Below are positions 13,863-26,149 of a stretch of 64,000 nt of DNA, piece after piece. Under the pieces are notes generated by a model. It worked only from the letters and a program-made list of their open reading frames with translations. It had not been told where the DNA came from and made no database searches. Within the stretch, counting starts at the first letter, position 1, and each line of letters opens with the position of its first letter. Position numbers and translations under genes: made by a program. The DNA is from Eledone cirrhosa (Eukaryota): NCBI GenBank assembly GCA_964016885.1, contig OZ024742.1, positions 202,120,001 to 202,184,000 on the forward strand, read 5' to 3'.

Positions 13863-13984
13863 ATATCTTAGAAATCCGCCGGTTTCCATGACGAGTGTTT
13901 TATTATGGAACACCTAAACAACCACTCTGCTCATGCAAGTAATATACAAGTGACTAAGCATTCAACGGACATGCGCATCCTCGA

Positions 13985-14168
13985 CCCAATTGGCAGTATC
14001 GGTAGAGAGTCGGACGCCATGCTTTCCAGCATAGTTACGTCCCTTTACAGTCTGAGTTCAAATCCCGTCAAGGTTAACTTTGCCTTTCATCCTTACGGGG
14101 TCGATAAAATAAAGTACCAGTAATGCACTGGGTGATTGCTGGCCTTGTGCCTAAATTAGAAACAATTA
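13985..14168 (+). mobile_element. tRNA-derived SINE
   Basis: Same head/core/tail as the copy at 10066. Confidence 0.85.
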
Positions 14169-14445
14169 CATATATAAATCGTTTGTGGACATAAATGTGA
14201 CTGTATAAATGTGTATTTCATAGACACCTGTAGTTCTATCTTAAACATTGCTTGCTAACCATAATGTCCGTGTTTGAATCTTCGTTGTCGTATATTGGTC
14301 ATGTAATTTTATCAGTCTCGTGGTAACCCATGCCTTTCGAGTGAAATTTGGTAGACGGAAACTGTGTGAAAGCCCGTCGAATCGATTGTGTCTGTAAAGC
14401 AGAAGTCCAGCTTTGTCACATTAGTCACTCTCATATGGCTTGGTA

Positions 14446-14863
14446 ATAATTGTTTCTACTTTTGGTACAAGGCCAGCAATTATTCCAGTGCATTACTAGT
14501 ACTTTATTTGATCGACCTCGTAAGGCTGAAAGGCAAAGTTAACCTCGGTGCGATTTGAACTCAGATCGTAAAGGGCCGTAGCTTGATGCTGCAAAGCATG
14601 GCATCCTACCCTCTACCAATACTGCCAATCCAACGCTTGGTAGTAATTGTTTCTACTTTAGGCACAAGGCCAGCAATTTTGGGGAGAGGAAAGTCGATTA
14701 AATCAATCCCAGTGCATTACTGGTGCTTTACTTTATTGACCCCGTAAGGATGAAAGGCAAAGTTAACCTCGGCGGGATTTGAAATCAGATCGTAAAGGGC
14801 CGTAACTCAATGCTGCACAGCATAGCGTCCGTCCCTCTACCAATACTGCCAATCCACCGCTTG
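14446..14863 (-). mobile_element. two head-to-tail tRNA-derived SINE copies (~14446-14640 and ~14645-14863)
   Basis: Reverse complement of the SINE consensus twice (gaaaggcaaagttaacctcgg..gatttgaa.tcagatcgtaaagggccgta). Confidence 0.88.
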
Positions 14864-15557
14864 GTAATAATGTTAAGGTTATTTATTATTGAAGCTGATG
14901 TATCAACTGAGTGATCATCTTTGAAACTGACGAAGCATCGAACATATACATACATGGATACATACACACCTACGCACCTACGTGAGCGCATGCTTATATG
15001 CGTGTGTTTGTTATTTGTTTGCATGCTTGTTTCTTTGTTTGTTGCTTGTTTGTATGTTTGTTTGTTTCTCTGAATATGCAATCAAAAACCTTTCAATTCG
15101 CTTTCAGCTGGTTAATTATTCATGTTTCGCAGCCTATCATTTCTCATCTCTACTCTCTCATTCATTTCTCCCCCCCCCCTTTCCCCTATCTCATTCTCTT
15201 TCCTCTACTTGATCATGATATAATCTGCTCTTACAACGAAGATTAATGATAATTTTATAATTTTTCCCCTCTGTTTCGTTGTTATTCGTTAACCTATTTC
15301 TATAATCTGTTTAGTTTCTGCTCTAATTAACTACATCCAAATCAGATACAGATAGCTAGAGAAAATGGTCTCCAAATGCAAAACATACAGCTTTATACAG
15401 AAATATATAATAGTATCTACTCATTTACTAGGCTTATGATGTCTTCGTTAACATTATCATAGTTTACATTGTTGTTTAAGCAAAGCCGTTTAATGAAAGA
15501 TGTTCTAGTAACAATCATCTTGGTTTGTTTTGTTTTTCGTTGTAATTGTCAACCAAA

Positions 15558-15690
15558 GCGCGGTGAATAGGCAGAGCCATTAAGTCGTCAGGTTACATAC
15601 CTAGTTACTTGTTCCAGCTCACTGTTAAAGTCAATTTTACTTTTCTTATTTTCGATGTAGATAAATAAAGTACCAGCGAATACTGGGAGT
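15558..15690 (+). mobile_element. old degenerate SINE copy
   Basis: gcgcggtgaataggcag...gtcaattttacttttc...gataaataaagtaccag. Confidence 0.55.
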
Positions 15691-16638
15691 TGATGCTTCT
15701 TCTATATCTCTATCGCTTTCTCTTGCTCTCTTTTCTTCTCTGGAAGAAAATGAGTGTTCAGACATGGAGAGGGTTGGCCCCCGAGCAGGTTATAAAATAA
15801 TATTTTGGAAGTTAACTGTCCTTTCCTAACATTTTTCTTTCCATAACGTGTCCAGATCTTCGTTATCCAAAGCGTTTTTAGTATATTTTAAGCTCATAAT
15901 TTTATGCTCTACTGGTTTGATGCGAAACTGTGGATTCTCTTTCCAGAGTATTAAGTGATCATATAGGTGTTACTTCCTTCACCTGTTGGCTCAATTTTGT
16001 GTGTACAGCTTGCTGTGCACGTGTGAATTAGAATTACTTTAAATGTCACGGAGAGAATGTAAATCGTGAACCTAACGTTCCAGGCAAGAAGGAACTTGTA
16101 TGTTAAATAATTAAACACAGTTTTGGAAGAATCTAGCATAGCTTTCGTAGAATGTAGAATGGTGTTTAGATTAGTTAAACAGTTTCCGTCTTGAAATATT
16201 TACTCAAAATCACTAGTTAGGACGTGTCTATAATACTAGATGCTTGGCCAAATTTCTGCAAAGTAGAACTTAACTCAAAACCACGTAGTTCTGAGGCGAA
16301 ATCCTTAATCATAGAGACATGCCATGTTTACCATCTGTGTCCATCTTTTGGTATACCTTTTCTAAACCCTAAATTTAGGTACGTCACGAAATGTAATTAA
16401 GCCATTCATAACATATAGAGATCAACAAAATAATTGAGTAAAATAAGTCGTTCAGGGAACGATATGCTCAGCTAAGGTCCTTGATGACATTTCCTCCAGC
16501 ATGGAGGGAGCTTAATATATGAAACCATTTAAGCATTCAAATATGAATTTTAAAAACCTAAGTATAGCCATAAATATATCCTTAAAGATAGTTCTGAAAA
16601 TATACTTACTAATAGAAAACATAATCTACAATACATAC

Positions 16639-16706
<68 letters not shown>

Positions 16707-16740
16707 AGATCAAAAGATGGTTAAAGGAGTTCCATATATT

Positions 16741-16803
16741 CTATTATGCGCATTTCAAAAACAAACATCATCAAGCAATAATATTTGTGTTTTCATCAGA
16801 TAA
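16741..16803 (-). ncRNA. putative minimal type I hammerhead ribozyme with canonical core
   Basis: Minus strand TTAT-CTGATGA-AAAC-ACAAATATTATT-GCTT-GATGATGTTTGT-TTTT-GAAAT-GCGC-ATA-ATAG; stems I, II and III all pair; inside a ~190-bp element between (TA)n tracts. Confidence 0.72.
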
Positions 16804-16917
16804 AACAGGAGAACATGATATGAAGGCTAAAAAACACTTGTGGATAGTGCAGTTTTAATGCTTTATTGTACTACAATAAAACTCACCTCCTACATATATA
16901 TATATATATATATATAT

Positions 16918-17550
16918 GACCTGACATAACGACCTGACCTTATGTCAGGTCACCAGTTGGTGCTACTGATAACATGTATCCCAGTACAACCTGTCCCATG
17001 GTCGGGTCGTTGGCGACTAAACTGGCAACCCCACCAACGTTTCTTGGTGAGGGGGGTGACTTTAGACATCCTGCAGGACTAAAAACAACACCTGTCAAAG
17101 GGCAAAGGAGCTCTTAAGAGTCAATGGCCATCCAAAATTACCAGGAGAGATGACCCCTTAGCCTTTGTCAAGGCAAAATTCTAGGAGAAAGAAAACTCTG
17201 ATATAACACCTGCAACCCTGATGGTATTCAATGATGTTGACTTGTTCTTCTTTTTGGTAAATATCATCTTGATTAAGAGAGTGGGACTGGCTTTGTGCAG
17301 TGCCTTTACTCACTATAAAAGTTTCACGGCACAGGCATTGCTTTATATCTGGAGATCTCGCTGCACTTGTCATCACATGGTACCATGGGCCCAGCACTAT
17401 GTGTCAATAATTGTCACAAGTGTAGTGTTTGTACCAGAGTTTTCAAGTCGCTGGCTGGACTAAAAAGTCACACTTGTTCAGCGCATCGGTAGGGGTTCTC
17501 CTACATGGTTATAAAGTAGTGGCCGTACTCGAAAACGAGTTGGCAGCCAC

Positions 17551-17553
<3 letters not shown>
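16918..17553 (+). mobile_element. probable internally deleted RTE-derived element (5'UTR-like part + C-terminal zinc finger + 3' end)
   Basis: 17415-17492 encodes HKCSVCTRVFKSLAGLKSHTCSAHR* (RTE-type terminal C2H2-like finger); 3' end actcgaaaacgagt hairpin then (GA)n; 12-bp inverted repeat at the 5' end. Confidence 0.55.
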
Positions 17554-17616
<63 letters not shown>

Positions 17617-17627
17617 TAATAATAATT

Positions 17628-18662
17628 GCAACATTTGGATTATCTACATATCTAAGGGAGGCATATGATTGGAAGATCAAACTCGTTTTGAAACATGGAA
17701 GCATCAAAAGATGCACAAAGATACAGTAATGAACTACAAATTTCAGAAGTTCCATTTACTGCTGAAATGAAAAATACAGAAAAAGCAAAGCAGGTAAAAG
17801 TAACTGCAAAGAATGAACTGCTACAGAAATTGGCTAAGAAATGGCAAGAAAAGCCTCTGAATGGAAAATACTCAGAAAGAGCTAGCAATCCTGATGTTGA
17901 CAAAATTTAACCCATCAGTGGTTGGCATCTTCTGGATTGAAATCGGAGACTGAAGCACTGATTATATCAGCACAACAAAATATGATCAAGCCAAGATTAT
18001 AAAAAATGGATCGAACCCATTATGTTGTGTGTAAAAAAAACAACTAGAGACCATTGATCATATAATTTCAATGTGCAGTCCTATAGCTACATATATTAGG
18101 TAATGTGTAAGCATTTTAACTTGCCCCATCAAAAGAATTGGTGGGAGCATCAACCACCCCGTGAAAAAGATCACATCTCAATCTCGGGGAACTTTAGCAT
18201 CCAAACAGACCGAAAAATAAATTCAAATAGACCTGATATAATACTGAGGGACTTTAAAAAGAGGGTATGCCTGCTAATTGATATGTCCGTTCCAATAGTC
18301 AAGAATGTATCTATAAAAACCTTTTGAAAAAGACCAGGAGATAGAGATTGGAAAAATGTGGAAGTTGAGAACTAAAACAATACCAGTGGTTGTAAGCGCT
18401 CTAGGAATGATACCTAAAGGGTCTAATGATTACTTATCCCAAATCCCACGAAAGCTCCATATAGAAGAAACACAAACGATAGTACTAAGGGGAACTGCCC
18501 ATATACTAAGGAAGATTCTGTCAATATAAGTACATCACAAGTATAAACACCAAAAGATGCATCTGTGTGTATGTATATTCTTTCTTGCACATGGCGGACC
18601 TTGTTGTCTCTTGAGGTCACTGGTTGTGACTGGGTCATAACTCGTATGAACATAAAACAAGA
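17628..18662 (+). mobile_element. second, more decayed copy of R4/Dong family A
   Basis: Colinear with 6209-7322 (KDAQRYSN.LQISEVPF, PHQKNWWEHQPP, same 3' UTR); frameshifts and deletions; (AAT)n on both sides. Confidence 0.92.
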
Positions 18663-18680
18663 TAAAAGAAATAATAATAA

Positions 18681-18859
18681 TTGTTTCTACATTAGGCACA
18701 AAGCCAGCAATTACCCAGTGCATTACTGGTACTTTATTTTATCGACCCCGTAAGGATGAAAGGCAAAGTCAACCTCGGCGGGATTTGAACTCAGATCGAA
18801 AAGGGACGTAACTCGATCTGAGTTCAAATCCCGCCGAGGTTGACTTTGCCTTTCATCCC
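18681..18859 (-). mobile_element. SINE with 5' fold-back inversion and ~19-bp target-site duplication
   Basis: Inverted arms ~18754-18798 / ~18814-18858; taaaagaaataataataat at 18663-18681 and 18860-18878. Confidence 0.85.
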
Positions 18860-18922
18860 TAAAAGAAATAATAATAATAATAATGAGGACGATCTGTTAT
18901 GTCTTCAATACGTCTATTGAGT

Positions 18923-19007
18923 AGTGACACGCGTTTCTTTATTGATCAGCTCAAGATTCGATCTGTATCGATCTAGCCCGATTCGGGAATAAAAAGCTCG
19001 TCAGACT
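18923..19007 (-). ncRNA. putative type I hammerhead ribozyme (stem II base appears damaged)
   Basis: Minus strand AGT-CTGACGA-GCTTTTTATT...AATAAA-GAAAC-GCGT-GTC-ACT; element lies between (AAT)n and (TA)n. Confidence 0.6.
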
Positions 19008-19100
19008 TCATCTGTGGTAATGACAGAAGGAACCTGTTGGGTGTATATTATAATTACACTCTGCTTAGTTCTACATCTCTATAGCTACTGGAAACTACGC

Positions 19101-19191
<91 letters not shown>

Positions 19192-19457
19192 GTTTAAATT
19201 TGGTGGTTTAGCACTGGGTAGAATTGGTCATTCATTCTGCAATGTTAACCATTACGTAATATGAGAAAAGCACTCGAAGTTATGCAACTCATCCATCTTC
19301 GATGTTGAATCATGTTGGTGGTACGTAAACGAGGTAAATGTATTATAAAGTGAAATGGCGGGTTCTTGCGCAACCTGGCTACTGAAATGTGCATAGTGTT
19401 TGCAGGAATAAAAAATTAAATAAATTCAACATATTTGGCTCCTGTCATTTCACTTTG

Positions 19458-19550
<93 letters not shown>

Positions 19551-20151
19551 GGATACTATTTATAGTTATGTATATTTTAAACTATAAACAGGGAAGGTCA
19601 GTAATTTATTACTACCTTATTACCAGTAAGATAAATAGCTCAATGTAATAACATCAGTTGTTCTACAGAGCAGTTATATAGAATTCACAAGAATCAAAGT
19701 TATGTTCAAAACATTTATTCACTTACAATTGTTTCATCCAAACCTAGGCTTGGAGTATTCGGAGCATTTTTTAATGCTTGTACATATAATTGACCTCCTA
19801 TCCAACGCAGGAGACATACAGATACATATATATATATTGATGTACAGTGGAGTGACATATATTATACTATACTATATTTGTACAGCATTTCAAATTTAAA
19901 ATCAAAATCAAAATTAAAATTAAAATTAAAATACATGGGGCAGATAACAAAGATAATTTAAGAGGATAGTTTGATAATCAGATCTAGTAGATTGTGCATG
20001 CGATAGTCACATATGGAGTATGCAAGTGTGTCTCATTTATACGATTATTGTGTGGCAAGGTGTTACATGTAATGCAAGCACTTTAAGCAAGAGCATTATG
20101 GTGGTTGTAGTGGTAGGGTATGTTTTATATAGATAAAAAAAGTATGTGTGC

Positions 20152-20198
20152 AGAAAAAGAAAAAGAAAAAGAAAAAGAAAAAGAAAAAGAAAAAGAAA
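20152..20198. repeat. (GAAAAA)n inside Penelope 3' region
   Basis: Direct reading. Confidence 0.95.
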
Positions 20199-21246
20199 GT
20201 TATAGTTTTCGCATCCACCACCATTTTCACATCAGAAAAAGGAAGAAATAGTGTCTACATCCATCACATAAGTTACGATTATTTCGTATTGAATGTTTGA
20301 TGCATTAAATTATTGTAGCGTATTGAGTCTCAATGTTATTTAATCCATATTTATAGAATAGGTTCTTTCTGCTGCGAGAATTTACAGTGGTTTATTACCC
20401 GGAAGTAGGTGTGTAATTAAGGGGAGTTAATGCGTAAGGGGAGGTAACTAGCTGATTCTCATAACTAAATTCATTGTTCTAACATACATTATATGGTGCC
20501 TCAATTGAGTCCCTTACATAAAAGGTTATATATTTATATCTAATTTTCAATTTTAAATACAGTCTACTCTATCATAATGTATTAAAGGTATCTATAGGAA
20601 GTTGATTACTCTTTATTATATAGCGCTATAATTGAATTTCCCACACAAAATGCTATATCTTTATATCAAAATTAACTGTAAATACAGTCTACTCTCAAAA
20701 ACATATCAGAGGACCAATTAGAATTTTGTCTACATAACCCCTGGTAAGCTATGGAGCAGCGTACGGCTGTTTGCATGATAAAATCAAATACATCTCTTGG
20801 GTAGACAAATACATCCCTCATTTACAATGTCATTAATCTATCCATCAAGTTATACATGCATATATAATTCATATATAATTCATTGCACCACTCCACATAT
20901 AAGTTAGACAGATCCCTTATGTTTATAAATTAATCCTATATATATCTAATGTTATTATTCCATACATTTAATTACAAATGCATATATAATTCACTGCCGT
21001 ATCTAGTATTTAAAGTTTATATAGACTGTATTATATTTCTATCCCTATATAATTATAAGTAATTGAAAGTAATTATATTAAAAGTTGGTGTTTATGGGGA
21101 TATTTCTAGGGTATAAAGTAGATAGAATGATTTGTGTCGAGGGAAGGGTGGATCAGAGAGTGTGGTGTAGTGGTGTAAGACATGCCCTTGAGGTGTGGTG
21201 TTAGAAGCGGTGATGGGTTCAAGTCTGACATTGTTATATATTGGGT

Positions 21247-22221
21247 TTAAAGTTTTGGAAGGAGTGTCGGAAGCGGTGTTGGCACGACGCAAACACTTCC
21301 GATTTTTTTATTAAGGAGGTTAAGGTTCGAAAAGATTATAGTATGGGTCTCTAGTAGACAGAGGTTACAGAATTTATTAGGTGGTCTGTACGATGCCGCC
21401 TTACCTTTCACTTCCCATTGAAGTGTATATGATCTATTTCTAGTTTTCAGATAGTGTATGTAGCTAGATAGTGAAGTGGAGTTGGCTAGACTGTGGTTTT
21501 TGAAAGAATGGAGATGTGAATTGTATCTAGTTTTGAAGCAGTTCGAAGTAGAGCCTATATAGGTTTCAGAAGAGTTGCTAGTTCTGACCGTGTATGAGTA
21601 GATGATGTCCTTGATTAAGCAGTTTTTACCTAACGGGCAGGTTCTATTATGTCTACAGTTACAATTATTTTGGATGTTAACCTGTCGGTTATTATGTTGT
21701 GTCGAAGTCTGGTTGCTAGGTATTGCATTATGGCTATGGGGGTTGTCGCTCCCAATGTTATTGATTTCATTAGTGTTATTACTATTACTACTATTGATAT
21801 CAGGGTTTCCAGATATTACGTTGTTTTGAAAGTTTACCCCCTGCTGTGTTTTAGTTTGTTGAAAGTAAGTATTAATCTTTCTTTTATTGCTACTAGCTAT
21901 GTGGTATGCTATGTTAGGCGTGGTAGAGTAGGAGATTTTAATGGTGTTAATATTTATAACACTATGGTACTTGTGGCCAGATGGGAAGTTTTTATCTAGG
22001 AGTGGGAAGAAAACCTTAGGTAGGTTGGTACAGACGTTTAGATTGAAAGGGGGTTTGAAAAATGTATTAGTTCTTCTTCTATTTTTGTTTTTTATATGTG
22101 TTGAGGTGTTTCCGTTTATGGTATTTTGGTGTCTTCTCTGGTGTGAGTTACGTTTGTTGCTACCCTTCGTATTAGTGTGTGTGGGGTTATTACTCTTATT
22201 ACTATTTTTCCTCATGGACAT
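21247..22221 (-). pseudogene. Penelope-like linker/Cys motif + GIY-YIG endonuclease domain
   Basis: GIY-YIG signature IIYSY...TYIGSTSNCFKTRY; C-terminal frameshift near LNKK; start is not genuine (RT continues upstream). Confidence 0.85.
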
Positions 22222-22863
22222 ATTGTGAGAAATAATGTTGTAACTATGTGCTTTTATAGGTAGGAACTCGATCTCATTATTATGGCCTGATCTAGCTAAT
22301 GCCTGATTATAGTATTGTGAGTTTTTGCTAAATATGCTTTCGTCATAAAATAGATTAGAGATTCTATTGGATATTCCTTTAGAGATAGAGTTTAATATTT
22401 ATCTAGGGTGGTTAGACTTGGTATCTACGTAAATTAGTTTTTCGTTAGGTTTATGGAATGGTGTATATATTTTAGAGTCTAGCTAAAGGGTAGTATCAAG
22501 GAAGTTAACGTTTTTAGTATTTTTGTCTATGGTGATACTTAGGTTATAATTTTTGAAATTTTATGCAATAGTTTCCTAGTTCTTTCTATATTAAATGTTT
22601 TATAGTCTATAAGGAGTAGTGCATCATCGCGGTACAAACCACCGTTGGGGTATGGTAGGTCCTTATGGATTTCGTTTAGTAGGTATAGGCCCACCAACTC
22701 AATTAATCAATTAATTTTAATTTTGATTTTGATTTTAAATTTGTATTGCTGTACAAATATACTATAGTATAATATATGTCACTCCACTGTACATCAATAT
22801 ATATGTATCTGTATGTCTCCTGCGTTGGATAGGAGGTCAATTATATGTACAAGCATTGAAAAA

Positions 22864-22910
22864 TGCTCCGAATACTCCAAGCCTAGGTTTGGATGAAACA
22901 ATTGTAAGTG
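22864..22910 (+). ncRNA. hammerhead-like fold in Penelope pLTR, non-canonical core (mirror copy 19720-19766 on -)
   Basis: TGCT-CCGAATA-C-TCCAAGC-CTAG-GTTTGGA-T-GAAAC-AATT-GTA-AGTG; core deviates from CUGAnGA at two positions. Confidence 0.45.
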
Positions 22911-22945
22911 AATAAATGCTTTGAACATAGCTTTGATTCTTGTGA

Positions 22946-23021
<76 letters not shown>

Positions 23022-23532
23022 GAGAGAGAGAGGGGGGAGAGAGAGAGAGAGACGCATATGCATGTGTATGTATGAGTGCGTGTGGGGTGTATGTATGTGT
23101 GTCTGTGTGTGTGCGCGCGCGCGCGCGTGTGTGTGCGTGATAATTCACATCTTTTTCCTCCAAGGAAATAGCAAACAAAATAATGGCGGACGATTTATCG
23201 CCGCGTCCGACCGTTTTTCTCTGACGTCATATGGATAGCTAATATGTCAAGCAGGCCGTTCTAGGAGACAAACGCCTGCTGCTCTTGAAGTACAATCAAC
23301 ACGGCAGTTTATGTTGAAAGTTGATTGTGAATTATGATTGGTGGAATAGTGGAAATAATCAGTGAATTATTATCAGTGAATTATGACAGCAATGAAGAAA
23401 AATTGTCTGCCCATAATAAAGTCGAACGGACGAGATTTTTATTATATTTCTATTGATATTATTCTCAGACAGATATACACTACATACCAAGATATCATTA
23501 ATACACTCACACACTCTTCACACTCGTGAACA

Positions 23533-23658
23533 CACATACACATACATACGTACACATACACATACATAGATACATACATACATACATACATACATACATA
23601 CATACATACATACATACATACATACATACATACATACATACATACATACATACATACA
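23533..23658. repeat. (CATA)n microsatellite
   Basis: Direct reading. Confidence 0.96.
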
Positions 23659-23875
23659 TTCAGACAGACAGACCCGCAGACAGATAGACCAACAATGTCT
23701 TTATAGCTCTCCTATTTTATTTCCTTGTTTACTTTCTTTGGTCATTCATCTAGCGAATCTCGTTTGTTTACGTGAAATGGCTGAACTTAATTACGTTGAA
23801 GCTGCAGCACGGTCCTTGAACACAATTCAAGGAGTAGCTATACACCTCATTGTCTCAAACCAGCTAACAACGGAC

Positions 23876-23942
<67 letters not shown>

Positions 23943-24599
23943 TATTGAAATATATTTTGTCCAGCTTCACTGAAGTATACATGATGACTAAGTTGAACTG
24001 CACTGAATAACTGCGAAAATGAGAAAACCTTATTGTGATGTCTATACTTCAAATACATTCTTTCTTTTGTGTTTTCATAGTCCGAAGATCGACTAACATG
24101 TAAACAAGCTAACCCTTTCCATACTAAGTCGTCTGATCAGGCCGTCGCTTCAATCAAGACCAAGTAAGCAGCCGCCTACGGCGCAGACCTCAGACATCAG
24201 CATAACTGAATTTGAACGACTCACATTTTTATACAAATTTGTATAATTAATTTAAATATAAACATCTTTGCAGCAAAACAACGTTGTGGAACTATCCAAA
24301 ACGTGGGAGAGGGCCGTATAATGATACTACCTGTTACGTGATTTGGCGTGGATATGTGTAGTTGAAAGTGTGTCAAATATATTATATTCGGGAGAATGGG
24401 ACGCCTAAATGGACACACATTGTACGGCCAGTCTAGGGCTCTAAATATTCACGTGCCGCTCCTCCGCAAGGATAAACTAGCCGTGCTTACACCATACATT
24501 ATTTTCTTCCTTTTACATGGAGTGTACTTAACAGAAAGCGTCACATCATAATTGTCAGTACGTATCATTCGTTATAATGGAAACATTGTGATAATAATC

Positions 24600-24968
24600 A
24601 TTTTTAATCTAGTCACAAGGCCAGCAGTTTTGAAGAGAAGGGGGAATGTTGATTAAATCGTCCCCAGTGTGTTACTGGTACTTTATTTTATCGACCTCGT
24701 AAGGAGGAAAGGCAAAGCTTAATCTCAGCGGGTTTTGAATTTAGAACGTAGAAAAACCATCATAATGATTTTCTCAAGATCAGAAAGAGGAAGGGGAAAT
24801 GTCGATTATATCAAGCCCAGCACGTGAATGTTACTTCATATAAATGACCACAGAAGAATGAAATGCAATGTTGACCTCGGTGGGATTTTAAATCAGAACA
24901 TCGAATGTCATGACTAAATACTGCAAAGGATTTCGTCAACGCACTATTAATACTCTCAATCCACCACC
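24600..24968 (-). mobile_element. two degenerate SINE copies
   Basis: cacaaggccagca..ctggtactttattttatcgacc..gaaaggcaaag..ttgaa; second older copy ~24790-24968. Confidence 0.75.
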
Positions 24969-24989
24969 TCTTATAATAATAATAATAAT

Positions 24990-26120
24990 GAAATTATTGT
25001 GTACAGTGCTCAGGTGCACTACAACTCATCAAAGGTGCATGTATAGTACATAGAATAATGTACAAATGTCAGGAAAATAAACAGTGTATGAGTCATGATA
25101 TAATAACAATAACGAAATATTGTGCACAGTGCCCAGGTGCACCACAACTCATCAAAAAAGTGCATGTACAGTAGATAGGGCAATGCACAAACATCAGTAA
25201 AATGAACAGTGCACGAGTCATGATACACACATGTGTGCATGTGTATGGAAGGGGTACATCAGGTGTAGTTTTGGCGTATTTTGGGAAGCATGAGTGTCTT
25301 AAAGGATGCAGTGTCTCGGCAGCTAACAATTGACGCAGGCAGTTTGTTCCATGCTTCAGCAACTCTGAGCGTGAAAAAATGTCTGCGAAAGTCATGGGAG
25401 CTGTGCTGTTTTCTTATCTTGTAGGCATGTCCACGTGTGTTAGACACATGGAGATCAAAGAGGCGCTCAGGGTTGCAGTTGGCGAGATGGTTAAAAACTT
25501 TGTGGGTATTCACCAAGTCGATTGCCAGTCGTCGGAGCTTCAATGAATCCATGCCCAGGGAAGCAAGGCGTTCAGAGTATGGTAGGTGTCTGATGGAGGG
25601 TATGCGCTTGGTTGCACGTCTCTGAAAAGTTTCCAGGAGGAGCAAGATAGGGGTTCCAGACTGATGATGCGAATTCCAAGTGTGGTCGCACCATAGCTGT
25701 ATACAGTTTTAAATAGATGGCTGGAGTGCGGCTAACAAAGGTCTTGCTGAGTGATGCCAAGACACCCTCGGCCTTCTTGACAATCTTAGAGACATGCTTT
25801 GTCCAACGCAAATCGTTGCTGACAGTAATGCCCAGGTCACGTTCACAAGAGGACTTTTTGATGTCAGTGTTGTGGAGGGAGTATGTGGACGCTGGATTTT
25901 TCCTTCCAAAATGCATGGTGGTACACTTGTCCACAGCCAGCTTCAGTTGCCAGTCTGTGATCCATTGCTGCATTGTGTCCAGGTCTGATTGTAGGAAAGA
26001 GTTGTAAATTTCAGGATCAGTCCTTTTGATTTCAAGGTACAGCTTGATGTCATCTGCATATTTTAGTACCGTGGCATTCTGTAAGTTGGCATCTATGTCA
26101 TTAATATATGCCACAAACAA
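24990..26120 (-). mobile_element. 5'-truncated CR1-clade LINE (RT C-terminus + 3' UTR)
   Basis: FVAYINDI..LKYADDIKLY, ERDLGITVS.DLRW..HV, LYTAMVRPHLEFASSVWNPY, then frameshift/deletion, LETFQRRATK..LPYSERL, TRGH.YK, RHFFTLRV.EAWNKLP. Confidence 0.92.
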
Positions 26121-26149
26121 ACAATAATCGTTGCTAGATTTTACAATTT

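Larger units (their letters stand above)
19681..22949 (-). mobile_element. Penelope-like retroelement (RT + GIY-YIG), 5'-truncated with inverted pLTR copy
   Basis: Minus strand ELVGLYLL..GGLYRDDA (22700-22620), VNFLD, KPN..YV..SNHP (in-frame TAG stops). ORF 21247-22221 has CNCRHNRTCPLGKNC, IIY..YIGST..FKTRYNSH, CNLCLLE. ~240-bp inverted repeats 19681-19925 / 22712-22949; TA at both ends. Confidence 0.92.

Noticed and set aside
19343-19460. Short imperfect inverted repeat (ataaagtgaaatggcggg / cctgtcatttcactttgt)
   Set aside because: Only ~19 bp with mismatches; too weak to assign to an element.
19702-23063. Duplicated small gene MFKxFIHLQLFHPNLGLEYSEHF on opposite strands
   Set aside because: It is the antisense translation of the Penelope inverted terminal repeat.
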